From the NCBI GenBank assembly GCA_904063045.1, contig CAJFCJ010000076.1:67858-131857 (forward strand): 64,000 nucleotides of DNA, read 5' to 3'. The position numbers and the translations under genes were made by a program. This stretch comes from Dimorphilus gyrociliatus. Taxonomy: Eukaryota; Animalia; Annelida. Each line of letters starts with the position of its first letter. Position 1 is the first letter of the stretch. The notes beneath the pieces were generated by a model that saw only the letters and a program-made list of their open reading frames with translations, was not told where the DNA came from and made no database searches. Shown piece by piece: positions 39,255-53,010 of the stretch.

Positions 39255-39719
39255 CTACTTTTGAAAAAAATTCACAGTATTCAATATATATATATATATT
39301 CTAAAATTATGTTTGTTTTCTTTATGAATGAAAATAATTTTTTCCCAAATTTCTATAGTATTTAAAAAGAAATTTGCAGAATGAAGAAATAGCGAAATTG
39401 ACCTTTCATAACTTTCAATATATTGTCTTGGAATTTCCAAATACATTGCCAAATTATTATTAAAATCAGTTTTATCTTTTGAATAAAGTATATGGCACAT
39501 GTTATTCTTGAACAATTCCATTTCTGATGTAGCATTCAATAAAAATGAATAACTCTTCAGAGGAATTAGTGTCTTTATTAATTGTTTGTTTTTATTGAAA
39601 GAGGAAATAAATGTATCAATAGTTTTATCATTCTGGAAGAGAAAACACATTGTTTGAATAGAAGAATGTAATGATTTCAAAACCAGCTTTGTATGATTGT
39701 AGTATTTTGCTAATTTCAT
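39255..39719 (-). CDS. Unknown protein exon (154-aa ORF)
   Basis: Open frame with an ATG start and a plausible splice to downstream sequence; no recognisable motif. Confidence 0.3.
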   Translation of the reverse strand: MKLAKYYNHTKLVLKSLHSSIQTMCFLFQNDKTIDTFISSFNKNKQLIKTLIPLKSYSFLLNATSEMELFKNNMCHILYSKDKTDFNNNLAMYLEIPRQYIESYERSISLFLHSANFFLNTIEIWEKIIFIHKENKHNFRIYIYILNTVNFFQK

Positions 39720-41656
39720 TTTCTGATTTTGTTCTTACTAAATTAAGAGCATCTATTAGCAGATATTTGTATTTGTCGACATTAGAATTGTCAGTGACAT
39801 TAAAATATTTTGCTGAATGAATGGAATGAATGAGAAGACAAATAATTGAATAAATTACTAATATATAATACCTATAACTTGTGAAATAGACTTAGTAATT
39901 TCTTTTACAATTGTACTCTATTGTAGTTATATTGCTGGAATAGGGTTTGTAAAGGTTTTTTGTTGACTATGTTGAAAAAGAGAAACATAATTCTCACATT
40001 TCAAGAGTGCCAATTGATTTTGGGTAGCAGTCAAAGAAAAAATACACACCAAAATCAACATTTTAAGAAATTTCAAACAGAAAAATTCTTCTTTTCAAAA
40101 AATTTTAATAATTAATATTAAAGTTAATTTTTACATGACAATCTTAAAGATATACCAGTTTATATGTGAACATAAAAACAGAATTTGACAGTGCTATAAC
40201 TTTTAAACTGTAACGGATAATTTAGTTCTGTAAAATGATTTTTGATTTTTATATAACAGTGTTAAAATATAACCTTCAAAGAAAATCATAGCTCAGTTAT
40301 TACTTGGCTAATTTTGATAAAATTTGAAGCAAAATCATTGGTTCTGAAATAGATTTTGTAACTAAATGACAATCAGCTTATTGTGGAAACTATTTCTCCC
40401 AACAATCCAAAAAATTGGAACCACATTATATTGAAACTGAAGATGAAATCTCCATTGAAAATGAAAATGTTCAAAATAATGAAAAGTTAGCCAATCTAGC
40501 CAAAATGGATGTTGAAGATGTTTCTGATGTATCAGAAAGTGCCGTTTGGAAAACTTTACAAATTAATTGATGCTGCCTTGATGATGCTAATCACCACTAC
40601 TATGTTAAAAAATCCAACATTTAGTATGGCAAATTAAGTTTAAATTTGGCATGATTTCAACAGATATCACTTTTGTTTACTTTATTTCCACAAAAAGGTT
40701 GTATCATATTTTGAAAACATAAATTAAATTTTTTGGGCGCAGGAGAAAACATTCACCAGAGGTGTACTTTGTTGTATTTTAATTATAGGAAATTCTGCTT
40801 CTTCAGAACGGTATTCATCATTTCCAATCATTTATCAACTCACCAAAGTACTCAAACAAATAAAACCTTTTTAAGTTTGTGCACAATTAGACTTAAGAAA
40901 TGTAATTTTGAAAGAAATTAATCAACAAAACACCAGTATTTTGTGCAAAGAATATGTATTGTGTAAATGAGTTTTTAGTTCTAAATAAGCAAGTTTAAAC
41001 AGCCAGCTAATCATTAGAGAACTGAACTGACAAGCTGGGGAAATGCATTTCCTTTTATGATGGTCTTATAATTCTCAAGTAACAAAAATATGAAAGCCTG
41101 TCATATCAGACATATAAAATATAATCTTCAGATTAGGTCCATGTGGCATTCAATACATTTTATCTTTCTTTGTCATGAAATACACCTGGTAAACCAGAGT
41201 TTGATATCTACAAGTTTTCCCAAAAGCAGAGCTTTAGTTTGCTAACTAGTATAACTCCAAATAAGGTTTCTCATTTTATAGTAAACAAATTATACATAAT
41301 TTTTTCTATTTCTTTTAAAAATGATAAAACTTGCTCTTGGAAAAAAGGGATGAGTTATCCCAAAAAGGGAACAATTTTTTCCAGGGAGAAGTATTCCCGG
41401 ACCTGATAAAGGAGAGGAATGAAAGTAGAAATAAATATATATTGTATATTGAGAATACAATTCCACATAAATGCACACAAACAGATATTGATACGTCTAT
41501 AAAGAGGAAACTGCAGGAGAATAGTATGCAAGTGAGTGACTGTCAAAAAAACTGGTAACAAAGTTGAAATCTTATGGTCTTATAATTCTCAAGTAACACA
41601 AAAATGTAGTTTAAACAGTTGGTCAAATTGATTAATTAAGATTTCTCTTTGTTTGT

Positions 41657-42500
41657 TTAAAAATTTGTTATCTGATAATGACAAATTTTCATATTTTCAC
41701 TTGAATTTTCAAATGCTTTGACATAAACAGCTTGACAATATTGTAATTTACAACCACATGAATATGTACAAAATGAGTTGTCATCTCCAGATATTAATAA
41801 ACAACTGAGGAATTTTGCATTGAATATTGGGTCAGGTTGAGGATCCTCTGCAACATATACTAAAATTTCAGCTGTAGGTAATTCTTCCGTTTTGTTACAC
41901 ACTTTTTGAAATGATGTCCTGAAATTTCAATTTCAAAATCAGGATATAAATGATCAACAGATGGCCATGGTATTCTTAAGGTAAATTCATTTGCTAAAGT
42001 GACATCAATGCAAGTTTCAGAGTCTTTATTATCAGTAATTCATATCAATTTTTCGTCCTTTTGTCTATTGGTGTCTTTAAATATTGGTCCATCAAAACAG
42101 CTAAAAACATAATTATTATATTTGATTGAATTGGAAGAGAGGTCACAAGTATTATCATTTTTAGTGGTACATCGGATTGGACGATAATCATTTACATAAA
42201 CAAAATATTTGCAATAATTCTCCGATTGGCATTTATCTCTACAAGCATATAGATCTGGCTCAGCAAATTCATTGTTTGAACCACAGTCTGATGCAAAACA
42301 AGTTATTGACTTGAATGCAACTCTGTCATAGGAAACACTTGCAGAATTACCCTGAGCCATGCATACTTGAGAACTTAAAACACACTCAATAGTTTGAAAA
42401 TTGTAACTAAAACATTTGCAATTTGACAATGATAAACATTTTGCAGAACATTCTTCCAGACTTACAGAAATGTCAACTTTCAAAATTGTTGTGAATTGTG
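41657..42500 (-). pseudogene. 2x PAN/apple plus 'PWP...CQAVY' domain gene with one in-frame TGA (42040) and one frameshift (~41895)
   Basis: EECSAKCLSLSNCKCFSYN, ACRDKCQSENYCKYF, then KLI*ITD...TLRIPWPSVD...FCTYSCGC..YCQAVYVK. Confidence 0.7.
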
Positions 42501-42993
42501 CTTTTCTTCTGGAAAACAGTTTTTATCCATGTGATTTTAAAACTAATAGATTTGCCTAATAAAGAATACATAGACTCTAACTTAATCATATATTCAATAA
42601 TCCATTTCTATTGCTTGTCATTGTTTACGTATTATTGCTTTTTGATCTTTTCAAAAATCCATATTCAGTTTTTTATTTAAGTACAATTTGAATCAATAAA
42701 TTACTGTTACAGCATTTTAATTTATTCAAACTTTAACTTAGTACTTTTTTGAAAGAATAACTGAATGATTAACAATAGCCTTTAAAGTTCTTCTAAAAGA
42801 ATACACTGGATGGCGCTTACCAATTGATTTATTCATTAGGTTTTAGAGTTGTAATATTATGCCAAAATAATTCATCATCATTAAAAAGTTGCACAAATTT
42901 AAATTCAGAAGTAAAATAAAAAAAAATTTACTTTCAGCAACAATTGAAGATTGACTTTGCTTTATATTTTTGCCAAAAAAAACACATAAATCA

Positions 42994-44790
42994 TTAATCT
43001 GAGTCATATTCAAGCTCTATAGAATTTCTTGATAATTGAAATTTATGATAAATACCAAGAATACCATTTCTAATATTTGGATTTGATGTTAGATTTATTC
43101 TTTTTAGTTTTGGACATTTCGCTGCCAGATTCCCAATATCAACACATATTTTCTCATCTAAATTACAATCGGATAAATGAATTTCCTGTAGGGTGTCTGC
43201 GGAATACATCAATCCTTTACATATTTTAGACAAACCCTCTCCCATATTTCTGTTCATTGTTAAATCTATTGTTTGAATTGTAGAGAAATTCTTCAGACCT
43301 TTTCCAATATCTTCACATAATTCCTCATTCAAATCGCAATAACTAATAATAAAATCTTTTAAACCAATTGATAATTGAGAGAGGTGATGAAAAAATGAGG
43401 AAAATGTAAGTCCATTATGGTATTTGTCTGTCAAATGTATAGTTTCAACTTTTGAGGATTTACATAATAACATTCCAAAATTTCTCCACAAAGCTTCATT
43501 TGCAATAAAGCTACAGTGAAACCCTACTGCTTGTTTTTTACGAGACATATTAATCCATTTAAAAAGAAATGAAATTCCATCTCGAAGACCACTATTGCCT
43601 ACTAGATTTATTGAGGGATTATTGGACAGTTTACTTCTCAATAGATGTTTAATATAAAACCAAATATTCCCATCTAGGCCACAATATGAAAAATCAATTT
43701 CCTTTAGAGAATGACACAATGTTTCAAGCCCCATCACAAATTTTTGAAATGGAATGTTTTAATTTTGAATTCTTTGATAGTTTAATGATTTGAATGTTTG
43801 TACATTTATTCAAAAGATTTCCCAAACTCTGGCACATATTCTCATTTAAATTACATTCTACAAAATTGATTTCCCTTAAAGTATCTGATGCTTTCTCAAG
43901 CTTATCGCAAATAAGCAAAAAATCATTTTCTGTATATAGATTCATACTCAGGTCAATTACTTCAAAGTGGCAACCTAAAGCTGAGAAGTCATCAATACAT
44001 TAAAGGATATTCTTGGAGGAGAGGCAGCCTCTAAAACCAACTTCTTTAATGACTTTTGAAGACATTTGAAGCTTTCTCAAAATAGCTGCTAGTTCAATTG
44101 ATCCATTTTCATTTTCATTTAGGCGTATTATGTCAAGATGTTGACAATTTACTAACAAATTTCCAATATGAAAATACAAAGTTTTGTCAATATGGCACTT
44201 TGAAAAAGTGAGTTCTCTTAAAGAATTTGAAAATGATAACAGAACTCGACATATATCAATTGATTCATCAGCTGGAAAAGAACTGTCAATTATAATGACC
44301 TTTTCAACTTTAGAACATTTTATCAATACACTCTCTAACAGTTTTCTCTCTTTTTCATCCATGGTCAAATTTTCAATTTTGATTTCCTTAAGAGTATCAG
44401 ACCACTTAGAAATCACATTATAAACACTTGATAGCCAAACATTATCATTCCATATGTATCTTAGATGTATTGTATCAATTGGAAATTGATCAGTTAAATC
44501 CATTAAGGAGTTGACAATATTTAATTCATCCAAAGAAACACACAAGATGCTATCATTCACTTTTTTTAGAATAATGAATACATCTCTTATCCTGTCATGG
44601 AAACAGGAGAGTAATGATTGAATATCATCATTTCCATTAAGTTTTATTGTTTCAAAAGTTGAAAAATTTGTCGACAAATTCCCAGTATATAACTTTATCT
44701 GTATATAGAATTTGTTTTGTTCATAATCTACTCTTTCTAACGATTTCGATGAGTTGTGTAGACCTTTACCAACAAGTGTCCGGATAAAAT
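42994..44790 (-). pseudogene. RNase-inhibitor-like LRR gene with one nonsense codon (44000-44002) and one frameshift (~43730)
   Basis: The three track ORFs join into one LRR protein (LREINFVECNLNENMCQSLGNLLNKC..IKLSKN), paralogous to the LRRs at 60161-62554. Confidence 0.75.
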
Positions 44791-45174
44791 ATCTATATAA
44801 AGTTTAGGGCTAGGAAAAATTCAATTTCATTATTTTTAGTCTATGTTAAGGCCAAACAGAAGGTTAAGGACGGAAAAGGAGAAAAAATGTTAACCATTTT
44901 TGGGTTAATGTTAGGGTAAAAATACAAAACACGGGATTACATCTTGTGTTTATCAATTGAAATATAAAATTAAATCTATTTAACATTCAAACAACATGGC
45001 GTCGAATAGTTTATTTCGAAAAAGATTTGACTTGATAAGAATGAGGAAGCACTAGAAACTCTGAGCAATACTGAAAGATTGAACTAAATTTCTGGTGGAA
45101 AATCCAGACATTGAAAATTATAACAGAAGAAGATAATGAAGAGAAGAGATATGTCATTATCTAAAGAACAGCAT

Positions 45175-45870
45175 TCTGAGTTCTCAAGCTTGTCTAGCCC
45201 GAGGTGCCACTAATAGCACCTCTTCATACCAAAGAGTCGGGTTCCAATCAATTCACTTGCTTTAATTCAAACTGTGGTGTTAAAAATGAGCATGATACTA
45301 TAGATATACCTGGCTGTAGGGATTTTTGCGCTACTGAGGGCTGTGATTACTTTATGAATGTCCATGACGATTGAACAAAGAGATGTACTACTAGTGATAA
45401 TTTTCAATGTGAACTTTATCTAGACTAGGCCCAGATGGACAATTCTATATTTACATGTTTTAGTGGTCCTATCCTATAAGATATCATCACTCAAGAAGAT
45501 CCAAAATTAGTAGCTGGTACTGATAGCAAAGTACCAGAAACTTGTTTTGATGTTGCCTTGAAGTTGGAATTTAGTCTACGAATACCTTGGCCATCTGTTG
45601 ACAATGTCAATCATGATTTTGAAATTGAAATTTTAGGATACAATTTCAAAAAGTGTATTGATAGATTAGACATTTTGTAACCAGCTGGAATTTCTGTCTA
45701 TCTTCCAGTAGGTACTCAAGTTGATCTAATTTTTATGGATCATTTTTAGGTTGTTCATTAGTATCTGGTGACAATAACTCCATCTGAAAATATTAGTGTA
45801 GCTGTGAAATATTTTCAGGCGGTGTATATAAAAGCATTCGACGATATAGACGAAAATATGAGAGTTTGTT
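45175..45870 (+). pseudogene. Decayed paralogue of the 41657-42500 PAN + PWP-domain gene
   Basis: LSSQACLARG...RVGF, TCFNSNCG...GCRDFC, FSLRIPWPSVDN...FQAVYIKAFDD; several stops. Confidence 0.75.
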
Positions 45871-46424
45871 TTCAACGATCCTGATTTTTCAACGGATTGT
45901 CTAATTTATGCAAGATATTCTAATTAAGGGTTAACTAAGATTAACTAGTTAATCCTTATTGTGTTATTACTCTTTTCTCACAATATAATGTAGTTTTCTC
46001 CAAAAAATTGCAAAACATTCTTGAATAAATGGTTTTAAAATATCATCAACATTAATTAGGCAACATTCTTGTTTGTTTCTCTCTAATTTTTTTCCCTTTA
46101 TTAATTTGTTATCAATGTCAATTGATATATAATTTGATCCAATTTTACCATCAGATTGAACTTGTGAGTGAAATTTAAATGTCTTTTTCCCAATATCACC
46201 AATAAGTCCATCCATTTTGTCATAATCTTTTGGTGAAAGTTTAAAACTTGTATCCAAGTGAATTTCAGATAAACATTGGATGGATTTCTGTATTTAAATT
46301 ATTTTTTCTGCATGTTCTAAAGATTTTATAAAGATATGATTTCCATTGATCAAACATTCAATTTTTTTTTATTCAAAAGTGAACCAACTTTAGATACTAC
46401 AACAGTACTATCATAAGGTAGCAG

Positions 46425-47485
46425 GTGAAACCGTACCCGAGTGAAACCGTGCCCATAAAAATATTATATTTTTTTAATTTTATTATTTAGAATTATAATA
46501 ATGGAACCTACAAAAATAAAAACATTGTTGAAATATAAACTGACAGCCATTTTAAAAATGAAGAAACTGAAGTTAACTTTCACTTTGGAAAGAATTTACT
46601 TTGGAAGTTAAGCTTTTTTTGATAATTATATTTGGGCAAAGATTATCATTTTAGATTTAACAGAGGTAATTTCATGTGGATTGTAATCTAGATTAATGTT
46701 ATATTCATATTTTGAATACATGTTTTTTAATTTTGTGAAAAAATCCAATTTATTTGAAAAATAATTTTCAGCCATTTTGAATAATTGTAAGTATACCTTT
46801 CCAATACTCATTTCAAATCAAAATATTATTGTTCTTTTATTGATGTGTTCAATAATATTATTTTTCATTTATTCACTAATTACATTTAATATTTTCAGTC
46901 TGGTATAGAGAATTATTCATAAAACATGTCAGTCAAATGTAAGAATTGTAAGCTTTTTGTATATGAAAGACAGAAGAAAATGTCTTGTGTGCTTTGCAAT
47001 GAAATTATTCATCAAAAATGTGTCATAAGTATGATTCTATATTCAATATGGCATTTATAAATATTCAGCTATTTCAATCAGATTCTAAGGTGTCAGTTTG
47101 TCTTGATTGTGAAAAAAACAGATTCCTTCTTCAGATGAAGAGACCAGACTATCAAATTGTAGAAACTGGTGATGTGTATGGAAAATTACAAAATTCAACT
47201 AATCTTCAAAATGAAGATGGAGAAAGTCACCAAGTTTCAAATGAGCCAGAGTTTTGTGATGATGGCAATTTTGATAACTGTCATATGAATGGAAATGAAA
47301 TGAATGAAAATTTAAATGAAGATGTGGTTGTAGATGCAAATGAAGGTGTGATGGATGCAAATGTGAATGACAATGGAATATTGAGCAATGAAAATATTGA
47401 ACACTTGCAGGAACTGATCCATGACAACTTTCAAATAGTTAAAGGTGGAAGTCAAAAATATTTATATTTTTCCCATTTTTGGTAA
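46425..47485 (+). mobile_element. 5' part of another PHD-MULE element
   Basis: Tandem GTGAAACCGTRCCC TIR-like motifs at ~46430-46460. ATG at 46926 begins a C4HC3 PHD (CKNC..CVLC..HQKC|intron 47029-47068|CLDC), followed by an acidic linker and FQIVKGGSQK, then truncation. Confidence 0.65.
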
Positions 47486-47600
47486 CAAATCTGGCTGCAG
47501 TTTTATAACCTTTTAAGAGCATTTGTTTATTCTTTTCCAAAATTCATATTCAGATTTGAATTGTGGACTGTCATATACCAGGTTTTTGGTAAGGTGGCAC

Positions 47601-47807
47601 GAATACAACAGAAAACGTCCACAAATGAGTGCTTTTACCCTAACCCTAACCCAGCCCTTAGCTGTACTTAACCTTTTCCATTACCCCTAACCTTTAGAGG
47701 AGAACCTCCTAACTACAAATCAGTTGCTGTTTTCTTCTGCCTAACCATTTCTCAATCCAAATTTTTGTCTTGAAATTTCTCATTTGTGGACGTTTTCTGT
47801 CGACCCC
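47601..47807 (+). mobile_element. MITE family A
   Basis: Perfect 22-bp inverted repeat (47608-47629 / 47779-47800) and perfect 9-bp TSD AGGTGGCAC (47592-47600 / 47808-47816). Confidence 0.92.
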
Positions 47808-47949
47808 AGGTGGCACATGTTCTCAATTGAGCTGAGATTGATGCCCTTTGCTGGCCATTCAAGAGAATGGATTTCTTTCATTTCAAAGGCTCTTTTAATC
47901 GTCCATCCTTACACAAATAGAATCTCCAGTTCGTCCACAAAATACTAAC

Positions 47950-48185
47950 CTTTTACAATGCATTTGTCTCCTTTACAGCATATTACACACTACACTCTGT
48001 TTTTCCATCTGCAGTCTTGCAAGTTTCATTTGAACATCCTCTAATATATTCTATCTGATCAGAGATTGCAGTTCTATATGCCCAACAATCTCCAATGGAA
48101 CAATCATTAATTTGCATTTTAGATGTATTATTGTTAATACTGGAAATCTCTTTTCCACAATCAGCTTTATTTCCTTTGCGCTTAT
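47950..48185 (-). pseudogene. Decayed paralogue of the LU-domain exon of the 3911-9956 gene
   Basis: DCGKEISSINNNTSKMQINDCSIGDCWAYR...CKTADGKTECSV*CCKGDKC aligns with DCGKDISNLQNSTDKIRLIDCGIGDCWAHR...CKSVNGVTQCSKCCSGEKC. Confidence 0.8.
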
Positions 48186-50610
48186 AAAAGAATTGAATGA
48201 GATAAGAGACATTTGTTTACCCATTCTTTCTTACCCTTTACAAATTCTACAAGAATGTTTTCTCTTTCTAATTGACAATTTGAGGCTAAATTTTGTAAAT
48301 TTATATCCACTGAACAATTGATAATACTATGAAGAATATTTTCCATCAACAATGGAGAAATTCATAAATGGGTTAATTAATGACCAATTTCTTTTGAATA
48401 TTGTAAATTATGAACTGCATAGCCAACTTTATAAATTACACCTGGAATTTGTTGTTGACCAATTGAAGGAACTGCACTAAAAGTGACAATATTCATAATA
48501 ATATGTGTCTGTTGAAAGCCTATCCTGGTAGATAACGACTTAAAAATTTTATCTTTTGCATATTCTCTGAACTTATATAGGCCTATAGATTTTTATAAGA
48601 ACTTTAAAAGCCTTGGTTTTCTCTCCATATGTTGTACTCATGTTTAAGTTATATCCTTAAGTATTTACCAGAGAATGATCCTGAACATATTAGTTAATAA
48701 ATGACCAAATAGCTTTCAAGTTAAAACATGAAGCAAAACGTATGGGTAAGCCAGATATAACTTCAAGAATAGCTTTATTAGAGCTAAAGACTTGAGATAC
48801 CTGTAGAAGAAGATATAGAGGTTGTTTACAACATGAAGAAATGACAACTTCATTCATCATATTTTCTCTACCCGTGGAAAGATAGCATTGGTGTAATTTT
48901 AATAGTTAAGAATACTATTACCCATTATTCTTTCTTGAGTACTTTTCTCATACTTCACATACAAGCTTTAAATATGAATTAAATATTATTTTTGGGGTTG
49001 GGTGCAAAAGCACCTAATAGGTCTCCCTAAACGTTATAGGTATAGCTTCTTTAATAAAGAACATAAGGGTTCTAGTATCACATAAGGCAATGAGCTCTCT
49101 TCCATTGTGGTTTTTCATTCCAAATTGAAAATGTTCTCTCCCTTTTACCTGAAATGTTCAAGTTTGTCCTCTCTAAGGTTAAAGATTGCCACTGTTCCTT
49201 TAGAAGTTTCTCTATCAGTGGGTTCCTTAGGTTTAGTATGTATCAGTCTGTTGAAGGTGCCTCTTTCCATTCCTGTGTCTCCCATTCTTTGATGTGGTTG
49301 AAATCTATTTTGGGTAAAATTTATGTTTGGATTAATTAGCTTGTTGTCTAATCTTCTTTTAAATTGTTTGAATTCCTTTTCATCTTCTTTTCATCTTCTT
49401 TTCTTGCATTGTCAAAAACTTTTAAAGATTGTTCAGCATTGGAGGATGTTGATTTTACTACAAATTTTTGGGAGATCAATCTACAGAGAATATGAAATAT
49501 AGCCAAATATCAATATCTGCATCAACATTTAAAAAGCAATACTTTTTTTCCCCACTAAAGAAACAAGAAAAGAAATCAGACATTGTTTCTTGACATTCTC
49601 TTTATGATTATATTCTTCAATATCTGAGTATTTAATTTTATATTATTTTTGATTTAAGACTACTCTGCAATCAAATTCATTTTCTCAAAGTTTATATAGC
49701 TGTTTGGACTTTTCATAATTAACCAATTTAGTTTTTTTATGACGAATATTTTTGATTGGTATAAGCCAATAACAGTGTCAAAATGGAACATTAAAGAGAA
49801 TCCATATCTCAGCAAACCACTGGACCGATTTTGATCAAATTTGAAGAAAAATTAATGGCAAGAAATAATATTAACAAATGGTTATATTTTTCTTACATGA
49901 AATAAATAAATTGTAAGTTAAATATTGAAAACATTATTTTTTTTGTGAAGAATATTTTTTTCTATACATTTAAAGGCTGAAGAAAATTTATTTTTTGCTA
50001 CAATTTTTTGATGGGTAAGAAAAAAAGATGAAGAAAAGAACACATCACTGCATATTTAAATAATATATATATATATATATATAAATTTTATGTGTTTTTT
50101 TTAAATATTAGTTGGGGTAATTACTTAGTATTATTTTTCTTTTAAAAATATATGTAAAAAAAATTGTCCACTGTGATTTAATAATTTAATATTTCTGCCC
50201 AAAGCATTTAAGTATTAATTTTAAATATAAGTAATTTATGGAATTAACTAAAGTCAAGTTTTGAAGGAGAACTAAACTACTTTGTAAGTTTAAATTAACT
50301 TTGTTTGACAAGAGTGAATGTATTCAATAGTTAATAGTTGTTTTGTGAGTGCTTGCATATTATGTAATAAGGTGATCAATGGAAAGATCACCAAAAGCCT
50401 TTTCAATTGTTTGGTTAATTAAATTGTTTACAGAAAAAAACTCTTAAACAAGAAGATATATATAAATATAACTGGGTTTTTTTAATATTCAATAAATCAG
50501 TCTGAGGTTTGACTTTGGAAAATTGGTTTACTTTTTTCTGGAAATTTTTTTGTAAGTTGTACAAATACACTTAGAAATTATTCTAAAAATTTTTTTTACA
50601 CAGCATTACA

Positions 50611-52130
50611 ATGGAAATTAATAGATGGTGTATTGCAATTTTTGAAGATCCTACTCAATCAATTGATTTTACTGAAAAAAATTTAAAACTTCAAATTAGT
50701 TTTCTATTTCATTGTTACTACAATGCCTACTATAGCAGATTTCATGTAACTTTTGATTCTGCTATCTGTAAACAATTCTTTAAGTATCAATTATTAAGAG
50801 GATGTTGTATTAAAGAGGCATTAGCTGACCCTTCAGAAAATGTGGAAGAGCTAAAAGTTATTTTTAAATATATTCAAAAACTAACATCTGTATCAAAAAA
50901 ATCTATGAGAAAATTTTATAAAAAGCAGTTAGACTTAAAAAATTATAGATTCTTAAAAGATTTAATGAAAACAGTTAAAGAGGAGGATGCTTTTAAAAAT
51001 ATTTTGGACTTTTATGAAAAGAAAGTGTTAAATATAAATAAAAAAAATTGGAAATCATTGGAGAAAGAAGTGATAAAGTGTTCAGCAACTGGAAAAAAAG
51101 TTACTTAAGTTCTATAATGACTGCCATGCTCCAACTCCATCTAAAGAAACAACAGCAACAACAACCAACCCTATCCCTCAATCATCTGCAACTGAAAATG
51201 AAATGGAAAATGAAACAACTCCAGCAGAAAACACAGACATTATTGTACCTGCACAGCCAACTGCTACTACTGCAAGAAGATTTTCAGAGGAAACAACAAT
51301 TATTGAACATAGACAACAATCTGGAATTGAAACTGTTACACCACAACTATTTGAATCAAGATAAGAATATTTTCAAGAACAAGAAATGGCTATATCAGCA
51401 CTGCAGTCAGAATTGGAACCACTTACAACAGAAATTGAATCTGCACAACCAACAACTGGAATTGAATCTGCAGCACTATCAACTGGAATTGAACCTGCAC
51501 CACCAACAACTGGATTGGAATCTGAGTTACCATCTACAAATTGTGAAAATATTGAGGAAATGCATATGGAAATCTACAATCAGATGGGTCTTGGGGAGAA
51601 TTTGGAAGTTGGAGAAATGATGCAGTTGGATGAGGATGTCCAGAATGATGATGCTGTAAGTAGACAGGATTTTTTTTTAAAGAGTTGCAAAGAAAGAATG
51701 AAAGGAAATATAAATTATGTTAATTATTCCAAGAACAATCAATACTTTCAATGATCCTGATTTTTCACAAAAAACTCAACAGAACTTCCTTAAAGAAACA
51801 AAACCTTTCCATGATATTTTATCAGATTATACAATTTTAACAAATGATTTTCTAAAATTAGAAAATGGTAAATTCTTAAAGGCTAAAAATATGCTAAAAA
51901 TTGATAAAAGCTTTCAGGTGTTTAGTATTGAAAATTTAACAATTCAAGATGTCTTTTGTATAATTAAGGGATGGAATTTAACAACAAATATTTTAATTTA
52001 CTTGAAAAATATTTCTGTAGATTTTGATATAAAAAAAGCAGTAAAGCAATTGCCTTTTTCCAATCATCATTTATTTTTTGTTAAAAAATCATTTAACAAG
52101 GAGATAACAAATGATTTAAAATTATTATAA
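50611..52130 (+). pseudogene. Disrupted ~500-codon intronless ORF of unknown family with a central Thr/Glu/Pro-rich repeat
   Basis: ORFs 50611-51108, 51110-51754 (one internal stop) and 51717-52130 abut with frameshifts; tandem (P/L)(T/S)TG(I/L)E(S/P) repeats. Confidence 0.5.
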
Positions 52131-52889
52131 TGTAAATTTATTTCTGCACCAAATGAATTGTGTAAAAGAGGAAACAGCTTTTATCAGAATGATGAAGGAG
52201 TTTATTAAAGTAGCACATTAATAACATATAGCTTATATATATATTTTCTTGAAGTTTTTTTCTTATAAAAAAATATTGTATTTTTGTCTATGTCTAATGT
52301 ATTTTCATGTTTTTCATTTTGCAAATAAATTTGAAAATTTGAAAATTTTGAAAAAAAAAATCTTGTTTTTTTTTGATAATACAAAATACTTGGAGTGAGA
52401 AAATTATTTAAACATTGTACAAAGCAAAAGAAAAAATAATCACCTATTGACCCATTCATCTAGACATATCACTTTCACTTGCAAACAGATTAAACAAATT
52501 ATGTAACATTATGTAAGAGTGAAAGTATTGTTTCCTAACCTTTGTTTAACCTTTGACTTGTTGAGGATTGTGAAATTTTTCAATTTTATATATACTTATA
52601 TACTTTTATTTGAATTTAAATATACAAGAATCTACCTTAACTATGTCTTTTGTTACTTTTCTATTTATTGTAAGATATAAATTGCTTAGATTTTGAAAAT
52701 TTGAAAATATTTTTTTGACTATAATTCTTTATATATTTGGTATCAAATTAAAGTATATTTTGTCAGGAATTATTATTGATATATATAACTTTATTATTAT
52801 TTTCAAAAAATAAATTATTTTAGAAAATAAATATTTAACATTATTTCTTTTTAATTCCAAAGTTGACTAATAGGTGGAGGTGGTGTAGG

Positions 52890-53010
52890 GTAAGAGCCAA
52901 TCACAGTAGAGAAATTCTCAACAGCCAATCAGCACCCAGCTTTCATCAGTGTAAGAAAAATTATGGACCAGGAAGGTTCATTTCCCAACAAGCCTTTATT
53001 GAGGTAGGAT
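52890..53010 (+). promoter_or_regulatory. Double CCAAT-box promoter with a downstream splice donor
   Basis: AGCCAATCA at 52895 and 52923 (28 bp apart) in a locally GC-richer patch; GAG|GTAGGA donor at 53004; lies just upstream of the hairpin array. Confidence 0.4.

Noticed and set aside
40300-40620. Possible MADF-like remnant
   Set aside because: Only a weak pattern, with several stops.
42038-42045. In-frame TGA as selenocysteine or readthrough
   Set aside because: The same gene also has a frameshift, and its paralogue is decayed; pseudogenisation is simpler.
45967-46257. 96-aa ORF with a vague resemblance to HSP70-like C-termini
   Set aside because: No diagnostic motif, so it cannot be assigned without a search.
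51048-51620. Poly-Q/Leu-rich 190-aa ORF
   Set aside because: It is an alternative frame of the Thr/Glu/Pro-rich segment of the disrupted 50611-52130 ORF.
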